Origin: Malacoraja senta | Lineage: Eukaryota | Assembly: GCA_038087875.1 (NCBI GenBank) | Contig: JAXLNO010001532.1 | Location: 1 to 63,510, forward strand | Direction: 5' to 3' | Length of the DNA stretch: 63,510 bases | Shown here: in pieces, positions 1-13,087 of the stretch | Numbering within the stretch: position 1 is the stretch's first letter | How the letters are laid out: each line of letters starts with the position of its first letter | Position numbers and translations under genes: made by a program | Notes under the pieces: model-generated | The model's database searches: none | What the model saw: only the letters and a program-made list of their open reading frames with translations | What the model was told of the DNA's origin: nothing

Positions 1-297
1 CCGGTTCGAATCCCGCTTGGAGTGCATACTGTCGTTGTGTCCTTGGGCAAGACACTTCACCCACCTTTGCCTGCGTGTGAATGTGTGTGAATGTGTGTGA
101 GTGATTGGTGGTGGTCGGAGGGGCCGTAGGCGCAAATTAGCAGCCACGCTTCCGTCAGTCTGCCCCAGGGCAGCTGTGGCTACAGAAGTAGCTTATCACC
201 ACCGAGTGTGACTGAGGAGTGAATGAATAATGCGATGTAAAGCGCCTTGGGTATTAGAAAGGCGCTATATAAATCCAATCCATTATTATTATTATTA
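1..297 (+). mobile_element. tRNA-derived SINE (AFC/CORE-SINE-like), 5' end cut by the window edge
   Basis: B-box GGTTCGAATCC at the start; gtccttgggcaagacactt core; L2-type tail tgtaaagcgcc...aggcgctatataaat followed by (ATT)n. Confidence 0.75.
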
Positions 298-1958
298 AGT
301 CTATCCAGTCTTTCTTCATATGAAAGTCCTGACATCCCAGGAATCAGTCTGGTGAACCTTCTCTGCACTCCCTCTATGGCTATAATGTCCTTCCTCAGAT
401 TTGGAGACCAAAACTGTACGCAATACTCCAGGTGTGGTCTCACCAAGACCCTGTACAACTGCAGTAGAACCTCCCTGCTCCTATACTCAAATCCTCTTGC
501 TATGAAGGCCAACATACCATTCGCTTTCTTCACTGCCTGCTGCACCTGCATGCCTACTTTCAATGACTGGTGTACCATGACACCCAGGTCTCGCTGCATC
601 TCCCCATTTCCTAATCGGCCACCATTTAGATAATAGTCTGCCTTCCCGTTTTTGCCACCAAAGTGGATAACCTCACATTTATCCACATTATACTGCATCT
701 GCCAAACATTTGCCCACTCACCCAGCCTATCCAAGTCACCTTGCAGTCTCCTAGCATCCTCCTCACAGCTAACACTGCCCCCCAGCTTAGTGTCATCCGC
801 AAACTTGGAGATGTTGCTTTCAATTCCCTCGTCCAGATCATTAATATAAATTGTAAATAGCTGGGGTCCCAGCACTGAGCCTTGCGGTACCCCACTAGTC
901 ACTGCCTGCCATTGTGAAAAGGACCCGTTTACTCCTACTCTTTGCTTCCTGTTTGCCAGCCAGTTCTCTATCCACATCAATACTGAACCCCCAATACCGT
1001 GTGATTTAAGTTTGTATCCTAATCTCTTATGTGGTACCTTGTCGAAAGCCTTCTGAAAGTCCAGATACAACACATCCACTGGTTCTCCCCTATCCACTCT
1101 ACTAGTTACATCCTCGAAAAATTCTATAAGATTCGTCAGACACGATTTACCTTTCGTAAATCCATGCTGACTTTGTCCAATGATTTCACCACTTTCCAAA
1201 TGTGCTGCTATCCCATCTTTAATAACTGACTCTAGCAGTTTCCCCACTACCGATGTTAGACTAACTGGTCTGTAATTCCCCGTTTTCTCTCTCCCTCGCT
1301 TCTTAAAAAGTGGGGTTACGTTTGCTACCCTCCAATCCTCAGGAACTACTCCAGAATCTAAAGAGTTTTGAAAAATTATCACTAATGCATCCACTATTTC
1401 TGGAGCTACTTCCTTAAGTACTCTGGGATGCAGCCTATCTGGCCTGGTGATTTATCGTCCTTTAATCCATTCAATTTACCCAACACCACTTCCCGACTAA
1501 CCTGGATTTCACTCAGTTCCTCCATCTCCTTTGACCCGCGGCCCCCTGCTATTTCCGGCAGATTATTTATGTCTTCCTTAGTGAAGACGGAACCAAAGTA
1601 GTTATTCAATTGGTCCGCCATATCCTTGTTCCCCATGATCAATTCACCTGTTTCTGACTGCAAGGGACCTACATTTGTTTTAACTAATCTCTTTCTCTTC
1701 ACATATCTATAAAAACTTTTGCAGTCAGTTTTTATGTTCCCTGCCAGTTTCCTTTCATAATCTATTTTCCCTTTCCTAATTAAGCACTTTGTCCTCCTCT
1801 GCTGGTCTCTGATTTTCTCCCAGTCCTCTGGTATGCTGCTTTTTCTGGCTAATTTGTATGCATCATCTTTTGCTTTGATACTATCCCTGATTTCCCTTGT
1901 TATCCACGGATGCACTACCTTCCCTGATTTATTCTTTTGCCAAACTGGAATGAACAAT
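298..1958 (-). mobile_element. CR1-type LINE ORF2 fragment (reverse transcriptase)
   Basis: ORFs 180..1394 and 1406..2155 with [35 protein letters not shown]; frameshifted and truncated. Confidence 0.93.
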
Positions 1959-2160
1959 GGTGTATGGAACAAACTGCCAGAGGAGGTAGTTGAGGCAGGA
2001 ACTATCCTAACATTTAAGAGACAGTTAGACTGATACATGGGTAGGACGTTTGGAGGGATATGGACCAAATGCTGGCAGGTGGGACTAGTGTAGCTGGGAC
2101 ATGTTGGCCGGTGTAGGCAAGTTAGGCCGAAGGGCCTGTTTCCACACTGTATCACTCTAT
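1958..2160 (+). mobile_element. CR1-type LINE 3' end (second subfamily)
   Basis: GVWNKLPEEVVEAGT tail plus 3'UTR shared with 10695-11148 and 31010-32125. Confidence 0.8.
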
Positions 2161-3239
2161 AATAGGTAAAAAAAGCTATTTAGCATAACGTAGAGAATTA
2201 TCTCAATAATAGTAAATGCCAGTGAAATGATTGGTGCACCTTGATGGAACAGAACAGCTAGTCGCCACAGTTCATTTAAAACTTACTTTTGGGATTCCTG
2301 CATTATTGGCAAGGCCAGCTTCAATTGCCTGTCCCTGAATGTCCTGGAGAAGGTGGCACCATTGAACCATTGCACTCCTTCTGGTGAAGCTGCCCTTGTG
2401 GTCGCGTAGAGGAGGGAGTTCCAGGATTTCAATCCAGCAATGGAGAAATTGTGACATATTTTCAAGTTAGAGAGCAAGTTACCCTGTGCCTGGCTGCCCT
2501 TTTACATAGGACGTGGAATAGCCTGGGTGAGTATCTGCAGTGGTTTTTGCAGATTATGCACTTCAGCCACTGCACACCGATGGTGGAGGAAATAACTCTT
2601 TAGGTTGATGGATAGATCGCTAATAAAGTCTGGATGGTATTGAATCTCTTGAGTGTTATTGGAGCTGCACACATCCAGGTCAATGAAGAGTATTTTATTA
2701 CACTCCTGCCTTGGGCCTTGTTGATATTGGAAAAGCTTGGGGCGTCAGGAAGCAAGACAGCCCCATCCAAAATCCTCAGTCTCTGGCCTACTTTTGTAAC
2801 CACATATTTAGTAACGATCCTCAGGCTAATGCTGGTGAATGACTCAATGACAAATGTCATTGAATGACATTGGTGTGTAGTTAGACACTTGTCGGCAATA
2901 GTTGGCTGGAGGAACTTAGCAGGTCAGGCAGCCAGAGCAGACGGAATGGATAGACCAAATTTCAGATTGTAACTCTTCTTCGGACTCCCTTGGAGTTGTG
3001 CCTTGAACAGAGCGTATTGCTGTGGCTGTTTGTCAGACATTCATTGGCAAATGCAATGTGTTAGCAATGTCAATTACACTTCATATCTCATTATTGACGA
3101 TGGAGCGTAAATTGAATGGCTAGTAATTAGGTGGGTTAATGGCAATGCATGAGGTTGACATTAGGTCTGGGCTAGCTCATAGGAGAACAATTAGTAAATC
3201 TTATTCACCCCTCATTTCCATACTCCTGCAGCTTATTCA

Positions 3240-3410
3240 TGCATGTCAGTTCCCTTTTCGATTACGTTTGCCATTAACCTACACTAACAGGTAATTAGTC
3301 TATCAGCACACCTTCAGAATTTGGGAGGAAACCGGAAGAAACCCATGCAATCACAGAAGGAAAGTGCAAACTCTACACAAAAAACACCCAAGGTCAGGTT
3401 CACACTCAGC
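3240..3410 (-). mobile_element. V-SINE/HE1-like SINE remnant
   Basis: gggaggaaaccgga...acccatgcaatcacag...tgcaaactctacaca resembles the reverse complement of the V-domain. Confidence 0.55.
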
Positions 3411-3433
3411 AGGTACATTGATCTGTTAGCACA

Positions 3434-4610
3434 ATCAGTACCCCGTTCCTGCCTTCTTCCCATATCCCCTGACTTCACTATCTTTAAGAGCCCTATCTAG
3501 TTCTCTCTTGAAAGTATCCAGAGAACCGGTCTCCACCACCCACTGAAGCAGAGAATTCCACAAACTCACAACTCTCTGTGTGAAAAAGTGTTTCCTAATC
3601 TCCATTCTAAATGGCTTACCCCTTATTCTTAAACTGTGGCCCCTGGTTCTGGACTCCCCCAACATTGGGAACATGTTTCCTGCCTCTAACGTGTCCAAAC
3701 CCTTAATAATCTTATATGTTTCAATAAGATCCTCTCTCATCCTTCTAAATTCCAGAGCATACAAGCCCAGTCACTCCATTCTCTCAGCATTTGACAGTTC
3801 CGTTATCCCAGGAATTAACCTTGTGAACCTACGCTGCACTCCCTCAATAGCAAGAATGTCCTTTCTCAAATTTGGAGACCAAAACTGCACACAATACTCC
3901 AGGTATGGTCTCACTAGGGCCCTATACAATTGCATAAGGACCTCTTTGCTCCTATACTCAACTCCTCTTGTTATAAAGGCCAACATGCCATTCGCTTTCT
4001 TCACTGCCTGCTGTACCTGCATGCTTACTTTCATTGACTGATGTACAAGGTTGTGATTGTGTCATCTGCAAATTTGCTAATGTTACTTTGAATCCCTTCA
4101 TCTAAATCATTAATGTATATTGTAAATAGCTGCGGTCCCAGCACCGAGCCTTGCGGTGCCCCACTAGTCACTGCCTGCCATTCTGAAAGGGACCCGTTAA
4201 TCCCTACTCTTTGTTTCCTGTCTGCCAACCAATTTTCTATCCATGTCAGCACTCTACCCCAATACCATGTGCCCTAATGGTGCCCACTAATCTACTATGT
4301 GGGACCTTATCAAATGCTTTCTGAAAGTCCAGGTACACTACATCCACTGGCTCTCCCTTGTCCATTTTCCTGGTTACATCCTCAAAAAATTCCAGAAGAT
4401 TAGTCAAGCATGATTTCCCCTTTCCACAGGAACTGATCCTAACTCTATAGAACATTGGAAAATGATCATTAATGCATCCACGATTTCTAGAGCCACTTCC
4501 TTAAGTACCCTGGGATGCAGACCATCAGGCCCTGGGGTTTATCAGACCAGTCCCATCAGTCTACCCAACACCATTTCCTGCCTAATGCGGATTTCCTTCA
4601 GTTCCTCCAT
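3434..4610 (-). mobile_element. CR1-type LINE ORF2 fragment, internally deleted
   Basis: ORFs 3435..4455 contain RT and C-terminal CR1 motifs. Confidence 0.9.
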
Positions 4611-5907
4611 CACTATTGTAATTGCTTACATTAGCTATGCAAGACAAACTAGCCTCATTCATAATGGCTTCAATCTTTACCAAAGCTCAATTTTGATTGA
4701 ATGTGGTTCAAATACATTCTATAGTACAAAGGGTCTCGACCCGAAACATGACCAATTCCTTCTCTCCAGAGATGCTGCCTGTCCCGCTGAGTTACTCCAG
4801 CATTTTGTTTCTACCTATAAAACTAATCGTTGGGATGTTTGTATCTTAATTTTATTGCGACATTCTCCCACACAGTTATGTTGCCATAGTAAAAGTCATA
4901 ACAAAGATGACCAACACCAGTTACCTTCAGAAATATTTAGAAAAAGATTGTAGACAGAGTGAGTCATCAGACATACTCAATTGCAGGTTTAGGTGGATGT
5001 CGTAAACCACTAAATCAAAGTTTACGAACGCTATCTGTCATTTCCACAATTATTACTCCAGGCTAAATCTGAACTAGGTCAGAGTTTAAAAGTGATCTCA
5101 CATTTAAAGAGACAGTCTGAAGAAAAGTCTCGACCCAAAACGTCACCCACTTCTTCTCTTCAGAGATGCTGCCTGCCCCGCTGGGTTACTCCAGCATTTT
5201 GTGCCCATCTTTGAAATAGATTTATTTTATAATAATATGGTTTACTGCTGAACAGAAACCAAAAAGGGGTTGGAAATACATTTGTTGTGTCAAATAACTG
5301 CGACATGCTTCATACAAAATACAACAGGAACCCGTTTGAACTCTCGGCTGCATGGAAGTGTCTAGAACCTGCGGGCACAGCCTCAGGATAAAAGGACCAG
5401 GCACGTGTCGTCAGGGTAGGCAAGGTAGGCACTGCCTACCCTGACTAAAATTATGAAATGGCAATTATCATCATATCATATCTATATACTTTTAAAACTC
5501 TGTGTGTGTGTGGGTGTATGTCATATTTTTGGCCTTTGATTCGTTACTCCGCCAAAACCAGACGCAAAAACACAGAGATTTTTTACCATTTAGCTAGCCA
5601 TTTCACTTTTACACTCGCTCATCCACTCCTCATTAAATGTAGCCATTTTACATTACACATTTTTAATAAAATCCTTCCCCCCCCACTCTTTTTTTCGCCT
5701 CACGCTGGGCACCTTCTCATCGCGTGCCCCGCGCAACCATAATGGCTTCTGCCGCCCTGCTCTCTTCCACTCCCCCCCCCCGCCCTGGCTCTGTCACGCT
5801 GTCGGAAGCCAAAGATCGGCTGTTCCCCCGCTGCTTTTCGCCGTCCTCGTTGGCAGCCCGCATGCTTGCACTGTCTGAAAATCCCGCGCGTCAACGGCCT
5901 GTTGAGG

Positions 5908-6002
5908 GCGTACGCAGCGTCTCGACGGGCGTACGCAGCGTCTTGACATCGTACGCAGCGTCTTGACATCGTACGCAGCGTCTTGACGTCGTACGCAGCG
6001 TA
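5908..6002 (+). repeat. CpG-rich 20-bp tandem repeat
   Basis: About 4.5 copies of CGTACGCAGCGTCTTGACAT. Confidence 0.9.
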
Positions 6003-6390
6003 CACCGAGCCTTGCGGTACCCCACTAGTCACTGCCTGCCATGCTGAAAGGGACCCGTTAATCCCTACTCTTTGTTTCCTGTCTGCCAACCAATTTTCTA
6101 TCCATGTCAGCACACTACCCCCAATACCATGTGCCCTAATGGTGCCCACTAATCTACTATGTGGGACTTTATCAAATGCTTTCTAAAAGTCTAGATACAC
6201 GACATCTACTGGCTCTCCCTTGTCCATTTTCCTAGTTACATCCTCAAAAGATTCCAGAAGATTAGTCAAGCATGATTTCCCCTTTCCACAGGAACTGATC
6301 CTGACTCTATAGAACATTGGAAAATGATCATTAATGCATCCACGATTTCTAGAGCCACTTCCTTAAGTACCTTGGGATGCAGACCATCAG
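6001..6390 (-). mobile_element. CR1 RT fragment inside the Helitron-like element
   Basis: Near-identical to 4141-4530, including the same internal deletion junction. Confidence 0.88.
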
Positions 6391-9300
6391 GTGGGGGGAA
6401 GGGAGATGGAGGGGGAGGGAGGGTGGGGAGGGGATGGGGTGAAGGGGAGGGGTGGAGGGAAGGGGGTAGGGGAGGGGTGGGGTGGAGGGAAGGGGGTAGG
6501 GGAGGGGCGGAGGGGAGGGGGTTTAGGGGAGGGAGGGTGGGGGAGGGCAGGGGGGTTGGGGGAGAGGAATGGGGGAGAGAGAGGGAGGGGGGGAGAGAGA
6601 GAGAGAGAGAGAGGGGGGAGAGAGAGAGAGAGGGGGAGAGCGAGAGAGGGGGAGAGAGAGAGATGGGGAGAGCAAGAGAGGGGGAGAGACAGAGAGAGCG
6701 AAATGCAACCATGCGTCACGCGTTCAGAATGTTCTGGAAATGAAACGTCCGTGTCTCATGCACGAAAGCTGTCGGCAGCTCCATGGAATACAGGGGAGGA
6801 CCCCCCCCCCCCCCGGGGAGGACCCCCCCCTACACACACACAGCGGGTCCGATTTAAGCTGTCAATGAAGACAGCAAATTTTTTTTAACTGTCTTTGAAA
6901 TTAAAAGTTAACGTTAAGGCAGGCTGGGGGGCCAGGTGCAAAGGCATTGTGAGGTCAGCGGGCGGGGCCGGGAAGCAGTTGGGCGATAAATTGTTGTCAA
7001 TAGCTCTGGAAATAATCGACCAAATTGATAGAGGATTGGATTTTTCANNNNNNNNNNNNNNNNNNNNNNNNNNNNNNNNNNNNNNNNNNNNNNNNNNNNN
7101 NNNNNNNNNNNNNNNNNNNNNNNNNNNNNNNNNNNNNNNNNNNNNNNNNNNNNNNNNNNNNNNNNNNNNNNNNNNNNNNNNNNNNNNNNNNNNNNNNNNN
7201 NNNNNNNNNNNNNNNNNNNNNNNNNNNNNNNNNNNNNNNNNNNNCTCCTCAAAAACCAGACGCAAACACGTGGAGATTTTTACAATTATGGTAGGGATTT
7301 AACTTATGATTTCATAAATCCACTCCTCGCAAAATTCAGTCGATTATTTCCCCAGATTTTGAATAAAATTGTTCACAAAACATAAAAAAATATTAAAATC
7401 GAACTGCTGCATGAGTCACAGTGCCAACTCACGCCACCGCTGCCCAGCTGCTGACGTTACAATAACAGAGACATTTTTACATCTTCTGGTAGAAATTTTC
7501 CTTATGATTTCAAATATCCAATCCTCTATACATTTGGTCGATTATTTCCCGAGATATTTACAAAAATTTATAACCAAACTGATATTTTAAAGAAATATTA
7601 AGGTTGCCCAGCTGCTGACCTCACAATGCCTTTGCACCTGGCCCAACTGCTTCCTGGCCCCGCCCGGCCCTGCCCCCCCAGCCTGCCTTGGTGTCCCCGC
7701 CCACTGACCTCACAATGCCTTTTCACCTGGCCCAACTGCTTCTTGGCCAGCCCGGCCTGGCCCCCCAGCCTGCCAGGTTGTTGATTCCATTGTTTTTCAT
7801 TGAATTGAATTGAATTATTTCTCAATTAACATAATTAATTCTTAACATTAATTTTTTATTTCAGAGTAAAAAAAAATAAAATGTGCTGTCTTCATTGACA
7901 GCTTAGATCGGACCCGCTGTGTGTGTGGGGGGGTGGGGTTGTGAGGGGGGGGGGGGTTCCTCCCCTGAATTCCATAGAGCTGCCGACAGCTATCGTGCAT
8001 GAGACGCAGACGCTTCATTTCCAGAACATTCTGAATGCGTGACGCACGNNNNNNNNNNNNNNNNNNNNNNNNNNNNNNNNNNNNNNNNNNNNNNNNNNNN
8101 NNNNNNNNNNNNNNNNNNNNNNNNNNNNNNNNNNNNNNNNNNNNNNNNNNNNNNNNNNNNNNNNNNNNNNNNNNNNNNNNNNNNNNNNNNNNNNNNNNNN
8201 NNNNNCCCCCACCCTCCCTCCCCTAAACCCCCTTCCCCCCCTTCCACCCCTCCCTCCACCCTATCCCCTCCCCACCCTCCCCCTNNNNNNNNNNNNNNNN
8301 NNNNNNNNNNNNNNNNNNNNNNNNNNNNNNNNNNNNNNNNNNNNNNNNNNNNNNNNNNNNNNNNNNNNNNNNNNNNNNNNNNNNNNNNNNNNNNNNNNNN
8401 NNNNNNNNNNNNCCCCACCCTCCCCCCCTCACCCTCCCTCTCCTCCTCCCCTCCACCCCCTCTCCCTCTGTCTCTTGCCCTTCTGTCTCTGCCCCTTTCT
8501 CTCTGTCTCTCCCCATTCTCTTTCTGCCCTCACTCTCTACCCCCCCCCCTCTCTAGATGTGCCTGCGAGTTGGGGCTATGCGTCAGTGGATAGGGCGGTT
8601 ATGGGGTAAAAGGAGGAAAATAATAATATTAATACATCAAGGGGAATAGTTAGCGTGTGTGCGGGGGGGTAGATAGTGTGTGTGACCCCGCATGCCACCG
8701 CCCCTCCCCCCAGCACCCCCCGTCCCCCGCAACCACACGTTGGGGGAACAGACCCAATGGGTCTGCACTTGATTTAGTTAAATATAAATAGTAAAGGCAT
8801 GGGAGAATTATGCCTATCTAAGAGATCGATCCCTTAGGTAGGCATAATTCTCCGTGCCTTTCATCCACAGTACTTGCAACACGCGAAGGTCTGTGCAGGC
8901 CACGTGCCGTCGGCGCTGCTTCAAGCCGTCAATGACAAGCGGGGCTGAAGGCAGCTGAAATTCTGCCTTTGCAGTACTGCGCATGCGCAGCAGCCTACTG
9001 CGCATGCGCAGCGCGAGTTTCTTGCTGGATTTTTAAAATATGGATTGTCATTATTTTAAGAGTATCTTAGGAAACAAAGAGAGAAGAATGGAGTTCGTGT
9101 ACCAATAATGTGGTAAGTACATTTCATGGTGCTTTATATTTTTAAATACCGTATTTCCCGGGGTGGGGGGAGAGCTCCTTTCACAGTGTTTGAGGAGTCT
9201 GGCCCAGGGTAAAGTTGCGGGGAGGGCAGGAGCGTTGTGAAGGAGGGGATCGGGGCCAGTAATCCACTTGCGACGCTCCGGGCACGGACCCACTGCATTG

Positions 9301-10694
9301 TGGCCGGGGAGTGAGTTAGCTCGGGTGGTTGCGAGTGGCCGCCGGGACCGGACAGCCCCTTCTGCTGGTCCCCGCTCACCCTCTGGCAGTGCTCTCCATC
9401 TGAAAACCTCTCTCCTGCCACTCGCCAGCCTCACTAATGTCAGCCATTTCCCGCAAATCCTTAAATTCCGACAGCACGATCAAGGGACCGATTGAGGTTA
9501 CTTGGCTGTGGGAATTTAAGAATTTGCAGGAAGCGGCTGACATGAGCGAAGCCGGCGAGCGGCAGGTGAGAGGTGTTCAGACGGAGAGCACTGCCAGAGG
9601 TGAGCGGGCCGGCAGGTGAGAGGTGTTCAGACGGAGAGCACTGCCAGAGGCGAGCGGGCTGGCAGAAGGCGCTGAAATGGCAGCCAGTTCTGCTGTCCAT
9701 GCCCGGAGTGCTGCTGCAGCAGTGAGTGAGTCTGACATGATCTACGACCCCCTCCTTCTCAACACTCCTGCCCTCCCCGCATCTTTAACCCCTGGCACAG
9801 ACTCTCCACACGCTGTGAAAGGAACTCTCCCTCCAATTGGTCCCTTGAATTAGTATTGTCATTCAATAAGATGACAACTGATTCATGTTGTCCCGGTGTG
9901 CTCCCGTTTTTCCCACCATCTCTCCACCTGCCTTCATCCTCCATCCCCCACCCATTCAGTAATTAAAAAATGAAGGAGATTTAGAAGCCTTGGGAAAATT
10001 GAATTGTTACTTATTTTTATTTTTTTACGGAGAGATCCGTCTGCGCATGCGCGGTTTAAGATTTTTTTTTAAAGCCGACTGACTGCCTACCTCGAGTAAG
10101 TACTCACGCACGTGCCTGAAAAGGACGTACCTTTAGAATGGATACGAGGAAGAATTTCTGTAGCCAGAGGATAGTGAATCTGTGGAATTCATTGCCACAG
10201 TTGGCTGTGGAGGCCAAGTCATTGGGTATTTTTAAAGTGGACATTGATAGGTTGATTAGTAAGGGCATCAAAGGTTACAGGGAGAAATCAGGAGAATGGG
10301 GTTGAAAAGAAACAATAGATCAGCTATGAACAAATGGTGCAGACTGGATGGGCTGAATGGCCGAATTCTGCTCCTGTCATATGATCTTATGTTAGAATTT
10401 AAATATACAACGTTTCTATGCATGCATACAATTTACCAAAACATGCTGAAAAGCCGAGTATAATTGCAGTGGCAGGAAATTTTGCTGAAGAGAATGAAAG
10501 AAAGCAAGGATTTGTTGAAAGCCCACACTCCATAATGGCACATGTTTCCACACTTCTTGCACAATGGGAAATATGCAGATACAATATGTTGCCAATGTTT
10601 TAAAATTCTCACCAAGATCGGTGATGCCAGTGAGGTGAAAAGACTTACTTTCAGAACCATTCTCAGGATAATATATGCAAGAACTGTTGATAAT

Positions 10695-11148
10695 CTGGAA
10701 AGGGTGCAGAAAAGATTTACAAGGATGTTGCAGGATTCGAGGGCCTGAGCCACAGGGAGAGGTTGAGCAGGCTAGGACTTTATTCCTGGGTGCACAGGAG
10801 GATGAGGGGTGATCTTACCTGGGTGTACAAGATCATGAGAGGAATAGATTGGGTAAAAGACTCTGCATTTACCCTGCGTAGGGGAATTGGGAACCAGGGG
10901 ACATAGTTATTAGGCGAATAGGGAACGATTTAATGGGAACCTGAGGGGCAACTTTTTTTTACACAAAGGGTGGTAGGTATACGGAATGAGCTGCCGGAAA
11001 CATTTAGACAGGTACATGGATAGGATAGGCTTAGAGGGATATGGGCCAAATGCAGGCAGGTGGGACTAGTGTAGATTGGGTATGTTTGTCACCATAGGTG
11101 AGTTGGGCTGAAGAGCCTGTTTCCACACTCTATGACTATGACACTATA
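10695..11148 (+). mobile_element. CR1-type LINE 3' fragment
   Basis: LERVQKRFTRML motif and (CTATGA)n-type tail. Confidence 0.8.
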
Positions 11149-11280
11149 ACTCCGTCCAATAACACAACTTCAAAAACAATTACAATACTCCATCCTATAG
11201 TTCTCTGGACATGTTTGTCATCGTGTGCCACTTTAGAAAATTCATTTCTTTTGACGAGACTCCATTAAATACTGAATTAA

Positions 11281-12850
11281 TAGAAACATAGAAAATAGGT
11301 GCAGGAGGCTATTCGGCCCTTCGAGCCAGCACCGCCATTCATTGTGATCATGGCTGATCGTCCCCTATCAATAACCCGTGCCTGCCTTCTCCCCATATCC
11401 CTTGACTCCACTAGCCCCTAGAGCTCTATCTAACACTCTCTTAAATCCATCCAGTGATTTGGCCTCCACTGCCCTCTGTGGCAGGGAATTCCATAAATTC
11501 ACAACTCTCTGGGTGAAAATGTTTTTTTCTCACCTCAGTCTTAAATGATCTCCCCTTTATTCTAAGACTGTGGCCCCTGGTTCTGGACTCGCCCAACATT
11601 GGGAACATTTTTCCTGCATCTAGCTTGTCCAGTCCTTTTATAATTTTATATGTTTCTATAAGATCCCTCCTCATCCTTCTAAACTCCAGTGAATACAAGC
11701 CTAGTCTTTTCAATCTTTCCTCATATGACAGTCCCGCCATCCCAGGGATCAATCTCGTGAACCTACGCTGCACTGCCTCAATCACAAGGATGTCCTTCCT
11801 CAAATTAGGAGACCAAAACTGTACACAATACTCCAGATGTGGTCTCACCAGAGCCCCATTCAACTGCAGAAGAACCTCTTTACTCCTATACTGAAATCCT
11901 CTTGTTATGAAGGCCAACATTCCATTAGCTTTCTTCACTGCCTGCTGTACCTGCACGCCAACTTTCAGTGACCGGTGTACACCCAGGTCTCGCTGTACCT
12001 CCCCCTTACCTAACCTAACCCCATTGAGATAATAATCTGCCCCCTTGTTTTTGCCGCCAAAGTGGATAACCTCACATTTATCTATATTATACTGCATCTG
12101 CCACGCATCTGCCCACTCACTCAACCTGTCCAGGTCACCCTGCAACCTCCTAACATCCTCTTCACAGTTCACACTGCCACCCAGCTTTGTGTCATCCGCA
12201 AACTTGCTAGTGTTGCTCCTAATTCCCTCTTCCCAAATCATTAATATATATGGTAAACAGTTGCGGCCCCAACACCGAGCCTTGCGGCACTCCACTCGCC
12301 ACTGCCTTCCATTCTGAAAAGGACCCGTTCACTCCTACTCTTTGCTTCCGGTCTGCCAACCAATTTCTATCCATGTCAACACCCTACCCCCAATAACATG
12401 TGCTCTAATTTTAGTCACCAGTCTCCCGTGCGGGACCTTATCAAAGGCTTTCTGAAAGTCTAGATACACTACATCCACTGGCACCCCTTCATCCATTTTA
12501 CTTGTCACATCCTCAAAAAATTCCAGAAGATTAGTCTAGCATGATTTCCCTTTTGATAAATCCATGTTGACTTGGACTAATCCTTTTGCTGCTATCCAAA
12601 TGCCCCATTATTACCTCTTTAATAATTGACTCCAGCATCTTTCCCACCACCGAAGTCAGGCTAACTGGTCTGTAATTCTCCTTTTTCTCTCTTGCTCCTT
12701 TCTTGAAAAGTGGGATAACATTAGCTATCCTCCAATCCACAGGAACTGATCCTGAATCTATTGAACATTGGAAAATGATCACCAATGCATCCACTATTTC
12801 TAGAGCCACCTCCCTGAGGACCCTGGGATGCAGACCATCAGACCCAGGGC
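11281..12850 (-). mobile_element. CR1-type LINE ORF2 3' half
   Basis: ORFs 11441..12295 and 12531..12809; ctatgtttcta tail. Confidence 0.92.
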
Positions 12851-13087
12851 CTGATTACTATATAGTGTCATATGAACCAACCTTGAATCCTGCATTAATG
12901 TCCCTAATCTTAGTTTCCAACAATCACTTTTTAAATAATTGTTAATGCAGTGCAGCAGAGGAACTAGCCCTGCAGGCTAGAACTACAGAAACTTGTCCTG
13001 CAGCCACAATCTCAGTGATGAACATATGCCACGTTATTTTCTCTACCTCCATTTGATCCATGTCTCTACGCTTATACTAGCCTCCCA

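Larger units (their letters stand above)
5481..8777 (+). mobile_element. Non-autonomous Helitron-like element
   Basis: A|TC start; hairpin CAGACCCA-A-TGGGTCTG (8749-8765) 12 nt before a TTAG|T end (CTAG variant); no TSD; contains assembly gaps. Confidence 0.6.
5398..10118. mobile_element. hAT-like non-autonomous DNA transposon containing nested elements
   Basis: TIR CAGGCACGTG...CACGTGCCTG; perfect 8-bp TSD AAAAGGAC (5390-5397, 10119-10126); splits a CR1 3' end (about 5355-5397 and 10119-10390). Confidence 0.85.

Noticed and set aside
1-20. tRNA gene
   Set aside because: Only a B-box is present and it continues into a SINE body.
180-1394. 404-aa RT ORF as a functional gene, retron or novel RT system
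   Set aside because: It is a truncated CR1 ORF2 whose end (NNNNNG...) reads into a SINE tail; many similar decayed copies occur in the window.
6266-8593. Pro/Gly/Arg-rich and X-containing ORFs
   Set aside because: Artefacts of low-complexity G/C tracts and N gaps.
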